Shown piece by piece: positions 28,574 to 36,103 of a stretch of DNA of 64,000 nucleotides. Origin of the DNA: a virus (lineage: Duplodnaviria; Caudoviricetes). A model generated the notes under the pieces. That model ran no database searches. It had not been told where the DNA came from and was given only the letters and a program-made list of their open reading frames with translations. The stretch covers positions 32,001 through 96,000 of the IMG/VR virus record IMGVR_UViG_3300037067_012889, one strand, 5' to 3'. The position numbers were made by a program, and so were the translations under genes. Each line of letters opens with the position of its first letter. Position 1 is the stretch's first letter.

Positions 28574-28627
28574 GTTATAGCACAACAGAAGAAGGCTGTT
28601 AACTTAAATACCTAATCGTGCTATAAC
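28574..28627. promoter_or_regulatory. Bidirectional promoter pair sharing one TTAA
   Basis: GTTATAGCACA-N14-TTAA(28599-602)-N14-CGTGCTATAAC. Confidence 0.8.
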
Positions 28628-28638
28628 GAGGTAGAACA

Positions 28639-28800
28639 ATGATCGCGACATGTCGATGCTGTGCTGGACATGAATTTGTGAGCCGCGTGATCGAGGATTC
28701 ACCAGAAATTAACGTAATGGAAGTAGCAACCGAGACATGTCCAGTCTGTGACACGGATTCGTTTGAGATTGTGAATATCGAATATGATGACGCTGACTAA
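28639..28800 (+). CDS. Small zinc-ribbon protein (53 aa)
   Basis: Hand-translated; CRCC...CPVC; GAGG RBS. Confidence 0.55.
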   Translation: MIATCRCCAGHEFVSRVIEDSPEINVMEVATETCPVCDTDSFEIVNIEYDDAD

Positions 28801-29116
28801 GAACATGGGAATTATCAGACATATCTGTCGATCAATTTTTTACAGCATTAGGAATGCACTTTTCTATCGCAGTGAATGGATGCCTGCCAATAGGAATCCC
28901 AATTCCTATGCACGGAAGCACATTAACGACGCTATTTCTAGCAATTCAAAGGAACAGATATTTCTCTTCGCTACGAATTATATGTTGATGGGTATCGGTT
29001 TGATTGTGACTGAAAAACCCGGCAATCATCTGGCCTGGATTTATCTGACTAAACGCCAAAAAGAGGTTATGAATAAAGTCCGAAGCGTAGGTGGTTACAA
29101 TATTGATTTGTTATAA
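28784..29116 (+). CDS. Hypothetical protein
   Basis: ORF in run. Confidence 0.45.
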   Translation: MMTLTKNMGIIRHICRSIFYSIRNALFYRSEWMPANRNPNSYARKHINDAISSNSKEQIFLFATNYMLMGIGLIVTEKPGNHLAWIYLTKRQKEVMNKVRSVGGYNIDLL

Positions 29117-29143
29117 TTCAAAAATACTCCAAGGAGAATTATC

Positions 29144-29572
29144 ATGAATTATAACCTTGACGAAGCCAAGGATCTCACTACCACTTCTGACATGAACCCC
29201 ACTAAATGGCTTTACGAGCACTATGAAGATCTGAAAGGAATGGATGCTTCCGAACTTGGTCCTTTTCTCCTTCGCAGCATTCCACAGATGGGTGCATTTA
29301 GCCCACAAGCCGTTAAGAAGTTTACGATTGCCGTCCGACAGCTTACTTCACGAGACGACACAGTGGGTCTTCTGACCTATATCACGAATTTCATGATGAA
29401 GGGCATTGACCCGAGTCTAGGCGTCGTCCATGCCGGTCATTACCGCGAAGAAATTCAGATTATTGCTAATGTAATTACCGAGGATGTAAATGAGAAGATT
29501 TCTCCCAGATTCTTCGAATTGAAGAAAATGGTCGAAACCGACACAGGTTTGCGCCTCGTGCTGCGTCGTTAA
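29144..29572 (+). CDS. Hypothetical protein
   Basis: AAGGAG RBS. Confidence 0.7.
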   Translation: MNYNLDEAKDLTTTSDMNPTKWLYEHYEDLKGMDASELGPFLLRSIPQMGAFSPQAVKKFTIAVRQLTSRDDTVGLLTYITNFMMKGIDPSLGVVHAGHYREEIQIIANVITEDVNEKISPRFFELKKMVETDTGLRLVLRR

Positions 29573-29597
29573 TGGCTATTTTTTCTCGTGCTATAAT
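29569..29597 (+). promoter_or_regulatory. Phage promoter motif (leaderless gene)
   Basis: TTAA(stop)-N14-CGTGCTATAAT; ATG 6 nt after. Confidence 0.75.
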
Positions 29598-29602
29598 ATA
29601 GT

Positions 29603-30082
29603 ATGAGAGAACAACTAATATCCGAGATAGAACATGCCATTTCAAAGCTTGATGACAGACCCGGATTATGTCTCTATTATGCTAAAGAGACAATAGCCAT
29701 CTTGGCCCGCCACGGCTACAAGGCTATCATCCAAGCTGGATCGCTACAATGGCCCTGCTTGCGTCCAGAGGACGACGACGGCATCATCTCAACGCACTTC
29801 GCTTATATGTGGAGTCCTGGCGATCCAATCAGTGCCCTCTCTGTAGCTCTAGGAAATCTCCCAGAAATACATTGCTGGGTTGGATTGTTAGAAGAGCAGG
29901 AAATAGTCGATTTCAGTATCAGGCATCTAAAGAAAGCGGCAGCCGTACATGGCGTAAGGTGGACGGCTGCCGACCCGCCTCCATATCTCTGGTGTCCGGT
30001 GAACGAGATACCCGACGATGTCCGGTACATCCCAAATAGGGAAGCATCTATGTATGCTTCTATTCTGCTAAAGCGATTATAA
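29603..30082 (+). CDS. Hypothetical protein
   Basis: C...H.W...D pattern, possibly transglutaminase/papain-like. Confidence 0.65.
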   Translation: MREQLISEIEHAISKLDDRPGLCLYYAKETIAILARHGYKAIIQAGSLQWPCLRPEDDDGIISTHFAYMWSPGDPISALSVALGNLPEIHCWVGLLEEQEIVDFSIRHLKKAAAVHGVRWTAADPPPYLWCPVNEIPDDVRYIPNREASMYASILLKRL

Positions 30083-30103
30083 CCATTCTAAGCAGAGATA
30101 AAC

Positions 30104-30742
30104 ATGTCTTATAAAATCTTTGGGTTATATCCAGAGGATTACAACTTAATCCATTCGATTGATTTATCGGTACTGACCGATCTGATTCCGCACATCGATC
30201 TACGACCGGATCAGAAAGAATGTGATGCCCCTTTGCGGCTGAAAATACCGGATGAGCTTGAAAAGGCAATCAGACGTGTAACGAAGATGAAGACAAAGAG
30301 AACCGATCACAAATATCTCTACGTCCTGTTAACCGCAGCACGTTGTTATCGTGCTAAATATCCGATACCAGACGATTGGAAAGAGCCAGATTGCGGCAGT
30401 TATGCGAAAGCTGAACGCGACCGACGCCAAGAAGAAGAAACAGACTTAAATAGGAATAAGATTGTCCTGCGGCTACCACCAAAAGACAGAGAATTGTTAC
30501 TAAATCTTGGTCGTGGTCGCCAAGACATTATTACCCGCCATGCGGCCCTTTGCGAATTGGTGCCGATTGTTAAGAGCCTTGACGACACTGGTGCATTTGA
30601 AACAATCAAAAAACACAATAGAAAGTCGTATAGAGTCGACATCCCAAATGAACTTGAAGCGGCAATTGCACAAAGAGTATCTGATAGTACAGCATTCTTG
30701 ACTATTCTGCTTACTGCCGCTAAATTCTATTATTATGGCTAA
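30104..30742 (+). CDS. Internally duplicated putative DNA-binding (RHH-like) protein
   Basis: LKIPDELEKAI..LLTAARCY and VDIPNELEAAI..LLTAAKFY. Confidence 0.6.
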   Translation: MSYKIFGLYPEDYNLIHSIDLSVLTDLIPHIDLRPDQKECDAPLRLKIPDELEKAIRRVTKMKTKRTDHKYLYVLLTAARCYRAKYPIPDDWKEPDCGSYAKAERDRRQEEETDLNRNKIVLRLPPKDRELLLNLGRGRQDIITRHAALCELVPIVKSLDDTGAFETIKKHNRKSYRVDIPNELEAAIAQRVSDSTAFLTILLTAAKFYYYG

Positions 30743-30763
30743 GAGTTGCCAATCGGAGCAAAA

Positions 30764-31036
30764 ATGCAATCTGACCAAAATGCAGAACTGTCACCACGAC
30801 GTTTAACAGCCAACTGGTCTGACGATTCCTTGTTTTTCACCCATGTCTGGCGTGATGAAACAAGCATGTTTGACGATCATCCAAGCGTCCGATGGGAAGG
30901 CGGCGGCGAGTATTATAGCCGCGAATTCAAATGCCGCGTACCGAAAGCATTTGAAAACTGTGATGAATTGATTGACATGTTCATCGAATGGATGACCGAC
31001 AACGCTACCGAAACAAAAGGTTTCTGGGTCAATTAG
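30764..31036 (+). CDS. Hypothetical protein
   Basis: GGAG RBS. Confidence 0.55.
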   Translation: MQSDQNAELSPRRLTANWSDDSLFFTHVWRDETSMFDDHPSVRWEGGGEYYSREFKCRVPKAFENCDELIDMFIEWMTDNATETKGFWVN

Positions 31037-31451
31037 TTGGCGAATAATATCTAAATGAATTTACGTGAAACGTATTCTTCCATATCGTTGTATCTGTACG
31101 TGCACTAAAGTCATTCATTGGCCCACCATATAACTGAGAAGCTGGCCGACGTGGAACGGAAACATTTTACCAATACGCGAAGCGTACGGCGGTATATGGT
31201 AAAATCGATTATCACATTGGCACACCACCTCTACGTGGTATACTCGGCCTTTCATGTGCGGAAAATTTATTCGAGCGGAAATTCGATATCGGGTCCTCCT
31301 GTATATTATTCATTTTTTCGCCGGGAACATAACTTAATTTGGTATCCTGGGCATTGAATATCGGCCCTGGAGGTGGGATGAGCTTGGCAACTTCCTATTT
31401 TCCAACTTCCCCATTTTCCCAGCTTCCCTCTCCTGCCAGCTCTAAACGGTC

Positions 31452-31538
31452 ATACTTAAATGGTTATACTTAAATGGTTTATGACTGGTTATGTGACTGA
31501 AAGAAATACCACGGTTATATGACTGAAAGAAATACCAC
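31452..31538 (+). repeat. Clustered direct repeats (14 bp x2, 26 bp x2) in a long non-coding region
   Basis: ATACTTAAATGGTT x2; GGTTATRTGACTGAAAGAAATACCAC x2. Confidence 0.9.
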
Positions 31539-31733
31539 CTAACAGTAGTATATAGCCTTCACATATGCGGAAAATATATTCGATACAGAGAAAGACCTGG
31601 CCCCGGTCCACCAAATACGGTATCTTTGGGGCATAGTTACCCCACTATATGGGTAGAGTATACATACATTCCATTATAGGGGAGTATATCCCTTCGGGCG
31701 GCTGCATATCGCGACGAGGCCGATCGTTTAACT

Positions 31734-31762
31734 GGAAACAGGCACCTGCGTCGTGCTATAAC
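31734..31762 (+). promoter_or_regulatory. Phage promoter motif variant
   Basis: GGAA-N14-CGTGCTATAAC. Confidence 0.55.
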
Positions 31763-31843
31763 GGTGTGGCGGGGGAGGGTGACGCGAGACCGGGTTTTCT
31801 GGTCCGGCTCTCCGAGACCTGCCAACACACAGGAATCCGTACC

Positions 31844-32038
31844 ATGACGAAGAAAGAACTCCAAGCCATTACCGACAGCATCGTGGCCGCCGTGTTGCTC
31901 AAGGGCACCGAAGGCAAGGACGACGCGTACGTACCAACCCCGTCCGAAGAGGACCAAGCCCGCACCCTGGTCGGCATGACGATTCGAGCCAACCGCCAGA
32001 AGCTCATCGACGCGGTGCCGGTCGTCGGCTCGCTCTAG
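31844..32038 (+). CDS. Small hypothetical protein
   Basis: ACAGGA RBS; paralog of next gene. Confidence 0.65.
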   Translation: MTKKELQAITDSIVAAVLLKGTEGKDDAYVPTPSEEDQARTLVGMTIRANRQKLIDAVPVVGSL

Positions 32039-32057
32039 TCCGCACTATCTGCCGCTG

Positions 32058-32099
32058 AGACCCTCCCTGGTCTTCGTGATCGGGGAGGGTCTTGATTTT
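32058..32099 (+). terminator. Terminator-like hairpin with alternative pairing
   Basis: AGACCCTCCC/GGGAGGGTCT then TGATTTT. Confidence 0.55.
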
Positions 32100-32160
32100 G
32101 GTCTATCGGTGTTGGTCGGCCAAAATCAAGACCCTCCCTATTCTCTTTCAGGAGATAGTT

Positions 32161-32355
32161 ATGGACGAAGTTGTCGTATATCACTCACCAATCAAGATGT
32201 CGCCAAAAAAGCGACTATGCCGCCTTATCAACGGTATGATCGATGAGGTGAAGCGAACACATCCTCTGGTTTCCATCGAGGAAGCGCGGACGATGTTGGG
32301 GATCGTGCTGGTTGCGAGCAGAAACAGACTCGTAGAACAGGCGACCAATCTGTAG
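32161..32355 (+). CDS. Small hypothetical protein
   Basis: AGGAG RBS. Confidence 0.65.
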   Translation: MDEVVVYHSPIKMSPKKRLCRLINGMIDEVKRTHPLVSIEEARTMLGIVLVASRNRLVEQATNL

Positions 32356-32368
32356 AAACGAACGCCGG

Positions 32369-32408
32369 TTTCCAGGACGGAAACCGGCGTATGCTTTCGT
32401 GCTACAAC
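32369..32408 (+). promoter_or_regulatory. TTTCCA-N3-TGGAAA palindrome overlapping -35 of promoter
   Basis: TTTCCAGGACGGAAA-N14-CGTGCTACAAC. Confidence 0.7.
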
Positions 32409-32451
32409 AGTACTTTGGCAGGAGTCTATCCCAGAGTATAGGAGCAACGGT

Positions 32452-32631
32452 ATGCCAACACTGGCACAAGCAATCCGACAGAATCTCGTGCAGGCTGCAG
32501 AGCACACGTACGGTTCGTGTGTCGTGGAATTCGAAGGCCGCGAAGTCTCCTTCCGTTGGCGGGACGGAGTGGCGACCGTCGAAGACGGCGAAACCGAGCG
32601 TAGATTCCGTATCGAGGTCGTAGAGGAGTAG
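32452..32631 (+). CDS. Small hypothetical protein (59 aa)
   Basis: Hand-translated MPTLAQAIRQ...; AGGAG RBS. Confidence 0.65.
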   Translation: MPTLAQAIRQNLVQAAEHTYGSCVVEFEGREVSFRWRDGVATVEDGETERRFRIEVVEE

Positions 32632-32637
32632 TCCAGG

Positions 32638-32652
32638 TTTCCATCGTGGAAA
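32638..32652. repeat. TTTCCA-N3-TGGAAA palindrome
   Basis: TTTCCATCGTGGAAA, 6 nt after stop. Confidence 0.85.
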
Positions 32653-32668
32653 ATTGTGGAGATCATGT

Positions 32669-32866
32669 ATGTCTATAAACGTCATTCGTGGCGACAGGAT
32701 CGAACTCCTATCCATGTCAAACGATCCGCACCCAATCGAAACTGGGGCGCGAGGCACGGTGCTTTTCGTGGAGCCGATTGACGTCGGTATCCAAATCGTC
32801 GTCGACTGGGACAACGGCAGAAAGCTCAACCTCATCGTTCCACCCGACAGGTACAGAAAGATCTAA
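32669..32866 (+). CDS. DUF4314 family protein
   Basis: G.RIEL..M.DP.P...G.RGTV..V...I.V.WDNG..L.L...D. Confidence 0.75.
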   Translation: MSINVIRGDRIELLSMSNDPHPIETGARGTVLFVEPIDVGIQIVVDWDNGRKLNLIVPPDRYRKI

Positions 32867-32873
32867 TCCGAGG

Positions 32874-32913
32874 TTTCCAGCGTGGAAACAAACACCTATC
32901 ATGGTGCTATAAC
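32874..32913 (+). promoter_or_regulatory. Palindrome overlapping -35 of promoter
   Basis: TTTCCAGCGTGGAAA-N14-GGTGCTATAAC. Confidence 0.75.
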
Positions 32914-32929
32914 AACATAGAGGGACATC

Positions 32930-33145
32930 ATGCCAACGAAAAAAGAGCTGCAAGAAGCCTGTCGCAGGTTTGCAATTGAATCAATCAGTGCCGATCATTT
33001 CTTTGATCCCGTCTTCGACCATCTGATGGATAGGATGGCGGATGAAGAGATTGAGCGATTATGCGAATCTGATGACAGGAATGCAGCAGCTCTGGCGGCG
33101 GCACAAGAGATCAAAGCAGCAATCAAATCGCTGCCAATGTTGTGA
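32930..33145 (+). CDS. Small hypothetical protein
   Basis: GAGGG RBS; flanked by 30-bp direct repeats. Confidence 0.65.
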   Translation: MPTKKELQEACRRFAIESISADHFFDPVFDHLMDRMADEEIERLCESDDRNAAALAAAQEIKAAIKSLPML

Positions 33146-33150
33146 TCCGA

Positions 33151-33190
33151 TTTCCATCATGGAAACAAACACCTATCATGGTGCTATAAT
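33151..33190 (+). promoter_or_regulatory. Palindrome overlapping -35 of promoter
   Basis: TTTCCATCATGGAAA-N14-GGTGCTATAAT. Confidence 0.75.
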
Positions 33191-33266
33191 TAGGTGCAAC
33201 GGCGTCAAAAACGACATCTCAAACGCGGTGCCGGGATCCGCCAAGAAGAATCGAGCAAATCATGAA

Positions 33267-33497
33267 ATGGCATTTGTGAGTCGAGCGGCAGAACAGCGTA
33301 TCTTCAAACTTGCCTGTGATGGGTATGGATTTGAAGAGATCGAACAGACAGCAGATGGGCTATACTGCACTGGTTGCCAACAGGTCCACCATCGTCCAAT
33401 CAAGATGTATTCGAACGGACAAAACGAAGTGCTCTGCAAATCGGCAGTAGTTCGCTTCTATAATCCCGAGATTTCCAAGGAGGAAACAAAGAAATGA
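33267..33497 (+). CDS. Small hypothetical protein
   Basis: CTGC motif; start uncertain. Confidence 0.5.
   Translation: MAFVSRAAEQRIFKLACDGYGFEEIEQTADGLYCTGCQQVHHRPIKMYSNGQNEVLCKSAVVRFYNPEISKEETKK
33472..33486. repeat. TTTCCA-N3-TGGAAA palindrome (1 mismatch)
   Basis: TTTCCAAGGAGGAAA overlapping RBS of next gene. Confidence 0.65.
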
Positions 33498-33742
33498 CAT
33501 ACGTTATCGTCCGCAGCCAGATTGACTATCAGAACGAGATTTTGGCGGTCAGATCGACCAAGAAGGCGGCCAATACCTGTATGACCGAAATCGCCAAGCA
33601 GATGGTCGAGGATGCAAGCGACACGGAACCGCTTGGCATTGATACCACAAAGAGCGGCGAAATCACGCTGACCAGGACGGAGTTTGAGAATGAGGAACCG
33701 AAGTGGGTCCTGGAAATAATCATGGTTGAGGACGATAAATAA
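33494..33742 (+). CDS. Hypothetical protein
   Basis: AAGGAGG RBS. Confidence 0.65.
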   Translation: MTYVIVRSQIDYQNEILAVRSTKKAANTCMTEIAKQMVEDASDTEPLGIDTTKSGEITLTRTEFENEEPKWVLEIIMVEDDK

Positions 33743-33764
33743 CGTAGAAATCATCCACATGGCG

Positions 33765-33797
33765 AAGCCTCACGGCCCGAATAGCCGTGGGGCTTTT
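33765..33797 (+). terminator. Rho-independent terminator
   Basis: AAGCCTCACGGC/GCCGTGGGGCTT then TT, between convergent genes. Confidence 0.7.
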
Positions 33798-33802
33798 GTG
33801 TT

Positions 33803-33991
33803 TTAGCACGAGCATTTTGGATAGTGGGTGATTCTGATCGGTCCGACATCAACCGTGCAGCCTCGGACCTGAATGGGTCGGAATTGCCACCCTATCGGCT
33901 TGGATGGATGAGATTGGCCCTCTCGATAGATCCAGCGGCCAAATGTGGTTCGCCATCCCGTCCAGAGCATTTCGATCTTCCATCGCTTCAT
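33803..33991 (-). CDS. Small hypothetical protein
   Basis: ACAGGAGAT RBS after promoter cassette. Confidence 0.55.
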   Translation of the reverse strand: MKRWKIEMLWTGWRTTFGRWIYREGQSHPSKPIGWQFRPIQVRGCTVDVGPIRITHYPKCSC

Positions 33992-34016
33992 TTTCGAATC
34001 TCCTGTGCTTGGGGCG

Positions 34017-34069
34017 GACCTCCCTCCCCGGTACCAAGTTGTAGCACGAGAGCAGGTGATTATTAACCG
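34017..34069 (-). repeat. 53-bp promoter-leader cassette copy
   Basis: CGGTTAATAATCACC..CGTGCTACAACTTGGTACCGGGGAGGGAGGTC. Confidence 0.85.
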
Positions 34070-34431
34070 GGGCTTGCAGCGAAATCGGCTTTTGCCCATT
34101 CGAGCATCTGGTTTGTGATGGTCGGGAAGTCGCCAAGCTGTGTGAATTGTTCGCAGCAATCCGTTGGTGATTCTCCCCACGACATCCCACCAGTTATTAG
34201 CAGGATGAAGTTCATTCCGTCGATGCGAAACTCGGAGTATTCCTCTGATGGTCCGTTGACGATTTCAACTAGTTCGTTGACTGTGGTTTTTGCGATTTTT
34301 CGCCAGTCGGTCATTTCTTCGTTGCTTGTACCATCCGGGAATGGAATTTCGTCAGCGAGTTGTAGTAGCTTGGCAACTCGGTCTTCGGTTAGCTTACAAG
34401 CCGGAACCGTAGCATAAATGAACTCTGACAT
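34063..34431 (-). CDS. Hypothetical protein
   Basis: TGGMSWG motif; between two cassettes. Confidence 0.7.
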   Translation of the reverse strand: MSEFIYATVPACKLTEDRVAKLLQLADEIPFPDGTSNEEMTDWRKIAKTTVNELVEIVNGPSEEYSEFRIDGMNFILLITGGMSWGESPTDCCEQFTQLGDFPTITNQMLEWAKADFAASPG

Positions 34432-34463
34432 GGCATCTCTTTCTAGGCTGAAAACTTGAAGCT

Positions 34464-34516
34464 GACCTTCCTCTCCGGTACCAAGTTATAGCACAAGAAG
34501 AGGTGATTGTTAACCG
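34464..34516 (-). repeat. 53-bp promoter-leader cassette copy
   Basis: CGGTTAACAATCACC..TGTGCTATAACTTGGTACCGGAGAGGAAGGTC. Confidence 0.85.
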
Positions 34517-34587
34517 ACCATACACAAGCACCCGCAACGACTACGAGCCATTGCGGGTGCTAAGCACAGGAGACCACCACACTTATT

Positions 34588-34767
34588 TCAAACTTCTCCA
34601 AGTGGGAGAGTTGTCGATTCGGTCGTCACTTTGCCGCCATCTCTGATTGCCAAGTCGGACTTGTAAGCGAAATCACGCTTCGATTCGGCGTCATCCCAGT
34701 TGATGACACGCTTGTGGCATTCACCGGTGTCGGCATAAAAGACGGTGCAAAGAACTTTGAACATCAT
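34588..34767 (-). CDS. Small hypothetical protein (59 aa)
   Basis: Hand-translated MMFKVLCTVF...; GAAAGG RBS. Confidence 0.55.
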   Translation of the reverse strand: MMFKVLCTVFYADTGECHKRVINWDDAESKRDFAYKSDLAIRDGGKVTTESTTLPLGEV

Positions 34768-34794
34768 CGGCCTTTCTCAAAAAGACCCCGCAAT

Positions 34795-35250
34795 AGCTTC
34801 AACACCAAGCCTACTGTTACGGTGTTAGTTTTACCGACACAGCAATATGTCGGCGTGGCTTGGCTCCACTATCGCGAGATCTCTGCATGATGGGTTACGC
34901 AGCCCTTTCGGGCACTTGTTTATAGTGGGCTTATATACCACGTTGAGCGCTACCCATCTCTGCGTTATGTTTTCGGTCTGTGGCAGAGGGTGTCGTCACT
35001 GACGGCAGCCTCTGCCACCCTCTGCTGAGAGAGTGGCGACCATTATAATACGCAAAAGGCTTTTGCCTGCACCTAACCCCATCCGACTTTCCAGACGTTC
35101 GTTTTTACGTACGCTTTCTGTTGACGCCCATTATCTTGTGGCGTCGTTCTGGAAAACCAGCAAAGGTCCGAGAGCAGGCACCGCAGAAAAATCGCGATGC
35201 CGAACATTCAAGCTCTCCTTTTTCCGATGACCACGATTGGTTTCATCCGC
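34795..35250 (-). ncRNA. Candidate large structured RNA
   Basis: Own promoter; at least 8 nested helices; GAAA tetraloop on minus strand. Confidence 0.5.
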
Positions 35251-35255
35251 CCTTC

Positions 35256-35284
35256 GTTGTAGCACCGCGATGGTGCCCGCTTAA
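35256..35284 (-). promoter_or_regulatory. Phage promoter motif
   Basis: TTAA-N14-GGTGCTACAAC. Confidence 0.7.
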
Positions 35285-35288
35285 CTGA

Positions 35289-35582
35289 TCACGCCGTGTC
35301 TCTGGATTCGTTGAAATTCACGATGGCGTCCCTGAGGACTTCGAAGACGGTCTGCCGTGCTTTCGGGCTGTCGAGATAGTAAAAGGCCGCAGCCGCTTCG
35401 GACGTGAGCCACCAGAAGCTGAACTCAATGCCGTTGATCTTCACGCCGACGCACGGGCAGTGGTCGTCTTCCCAACCAGAAACGAGTTCGACCGTCAATT
35501 GTTCTGCATTGGTGATGTTCTCCAACGTCTGGAGTTCGTCACCGTTCAGATCGTCAATCATCCGGGTGCATCGTTCGGTCAT
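35289..35582 (-). CDS. Hypothetical protein
   Basis: ACAGGAG RBS. Confidence 0.65.
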   Translation of the reverse strand: MTERCTRMIDDLNGDELQTLENITNAEQLTVELVSGWEDDHCPCVGVKINGIEFSFWWLTSEAAAAFYYLDSPKARQTVFEVLRDAIVNFNESRDTA

Positions 35583-35607
35583 CGCGTCTCTCCTGTGTGT
35601 TGGAGAG

Positions 35608-35660
35608 GACCTTCCTCTCCGGTACCAAGTTATGGCACGAGGGGAGGTGATTGTTAACCG
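35608..35660 (-). repeat. 53-bp promoter-leader cassette copy
   Basis: CGGTTAACAATCACC..CGTGCCATAACTTGGTACCGGAGAGGAAGGTC. Confidence 0.85.
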
Positions 35661-35944
35661 GCGTCTTTGATGGCTTCCTCAACCATCTGGTTCAGATAGC
35701 CGCTATTGAGTGCGAAATCTTCTGCCGACTTGTAAGAGCAGTTGCCAAGATAAGCCGTTCCTACGCAAGTTCCAACCTTGGCCAAAACCGTAGCCGTACA
35801 CCAGCCCCATCTTCCCTCTGCCGTCTTCATAACCTCTCTGACAGCCTTGGCGTAACCGGGTGTCGATTTTGTTCGCCTCTCGGACTGTTCTGGCGTCTCG
35901 TCCTCTTCAAGCGTACTAATTGTGATCGTGATTTTCGTCGCCAT
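35654..35944 (-). CDS. Hypothetical protein
   Basis: ACAGGAGAT RBS; YLG.CSY motif. Confidence 0.65.
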   Translation of the reverse strand: MATKITITISTLEEDETPEQSERRTKSTPGYAKAVREVMKTAEGRWGWCTATVLAKVGTCVGTAYLGNCSYKSAEDFALNSGYLNQMVEEAIKDAG

Positions 35945-35972
35945 TTCGGAATCTCCTGTGTGACCTCGAACG

Positions 35973-36001
35973 TTTATAGCACCAGAGCAGGAGATTATTA
36001 A
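35973..36001 (-). promoter_or_regulatory. Phage promoter motif
   Basis: TTAA-N14-GGTGCTATAAA. Confidence 0.7.
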
Positions 36002-36024
36002 CCGGCTTGCGACGGCGATCAAAG

Positions 36025-36076
36025 CGGTTAACAATCACCGCCCATCGTGCTATAACTTGGCATGGGGAGGGAGGTC
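36025..36076 (+). repeat. Promoter-leader cassette copy
   Basis: CGGTTAACAATCACC..CGTGCTATAACTTGGCATGGGGAGGGAGGTC. Confidence 0.85.
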
Positions 36077-36103
36077 CGACCCAGAAACACAGGAGATTTC
36101 GAA

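Noticed and set aside
31118-31357. 79-aa ORF in the boundary region
   Set aside because: TTG start, no RBS, no protein-like composition.
32369-33486. CRISPR array from the recurring palindromes
   Set aside because: Repeats are only 15 bp, spacing is 200-500 bp and the spacers are whole genes; no cas genes.
33800-33828. Additional promoter at GTTTTAGCACG
   Set aside because: No TTAA at the 14-nt spacing, and it points into a terminator and a convergent gene.
34795-35250. RNase P RNA, tmRNA or group I intron
   Set aside because: Only a partial GGAAAGTC match; the conserved P4 partner, tRNA-like ends and intron core motifs were not found.
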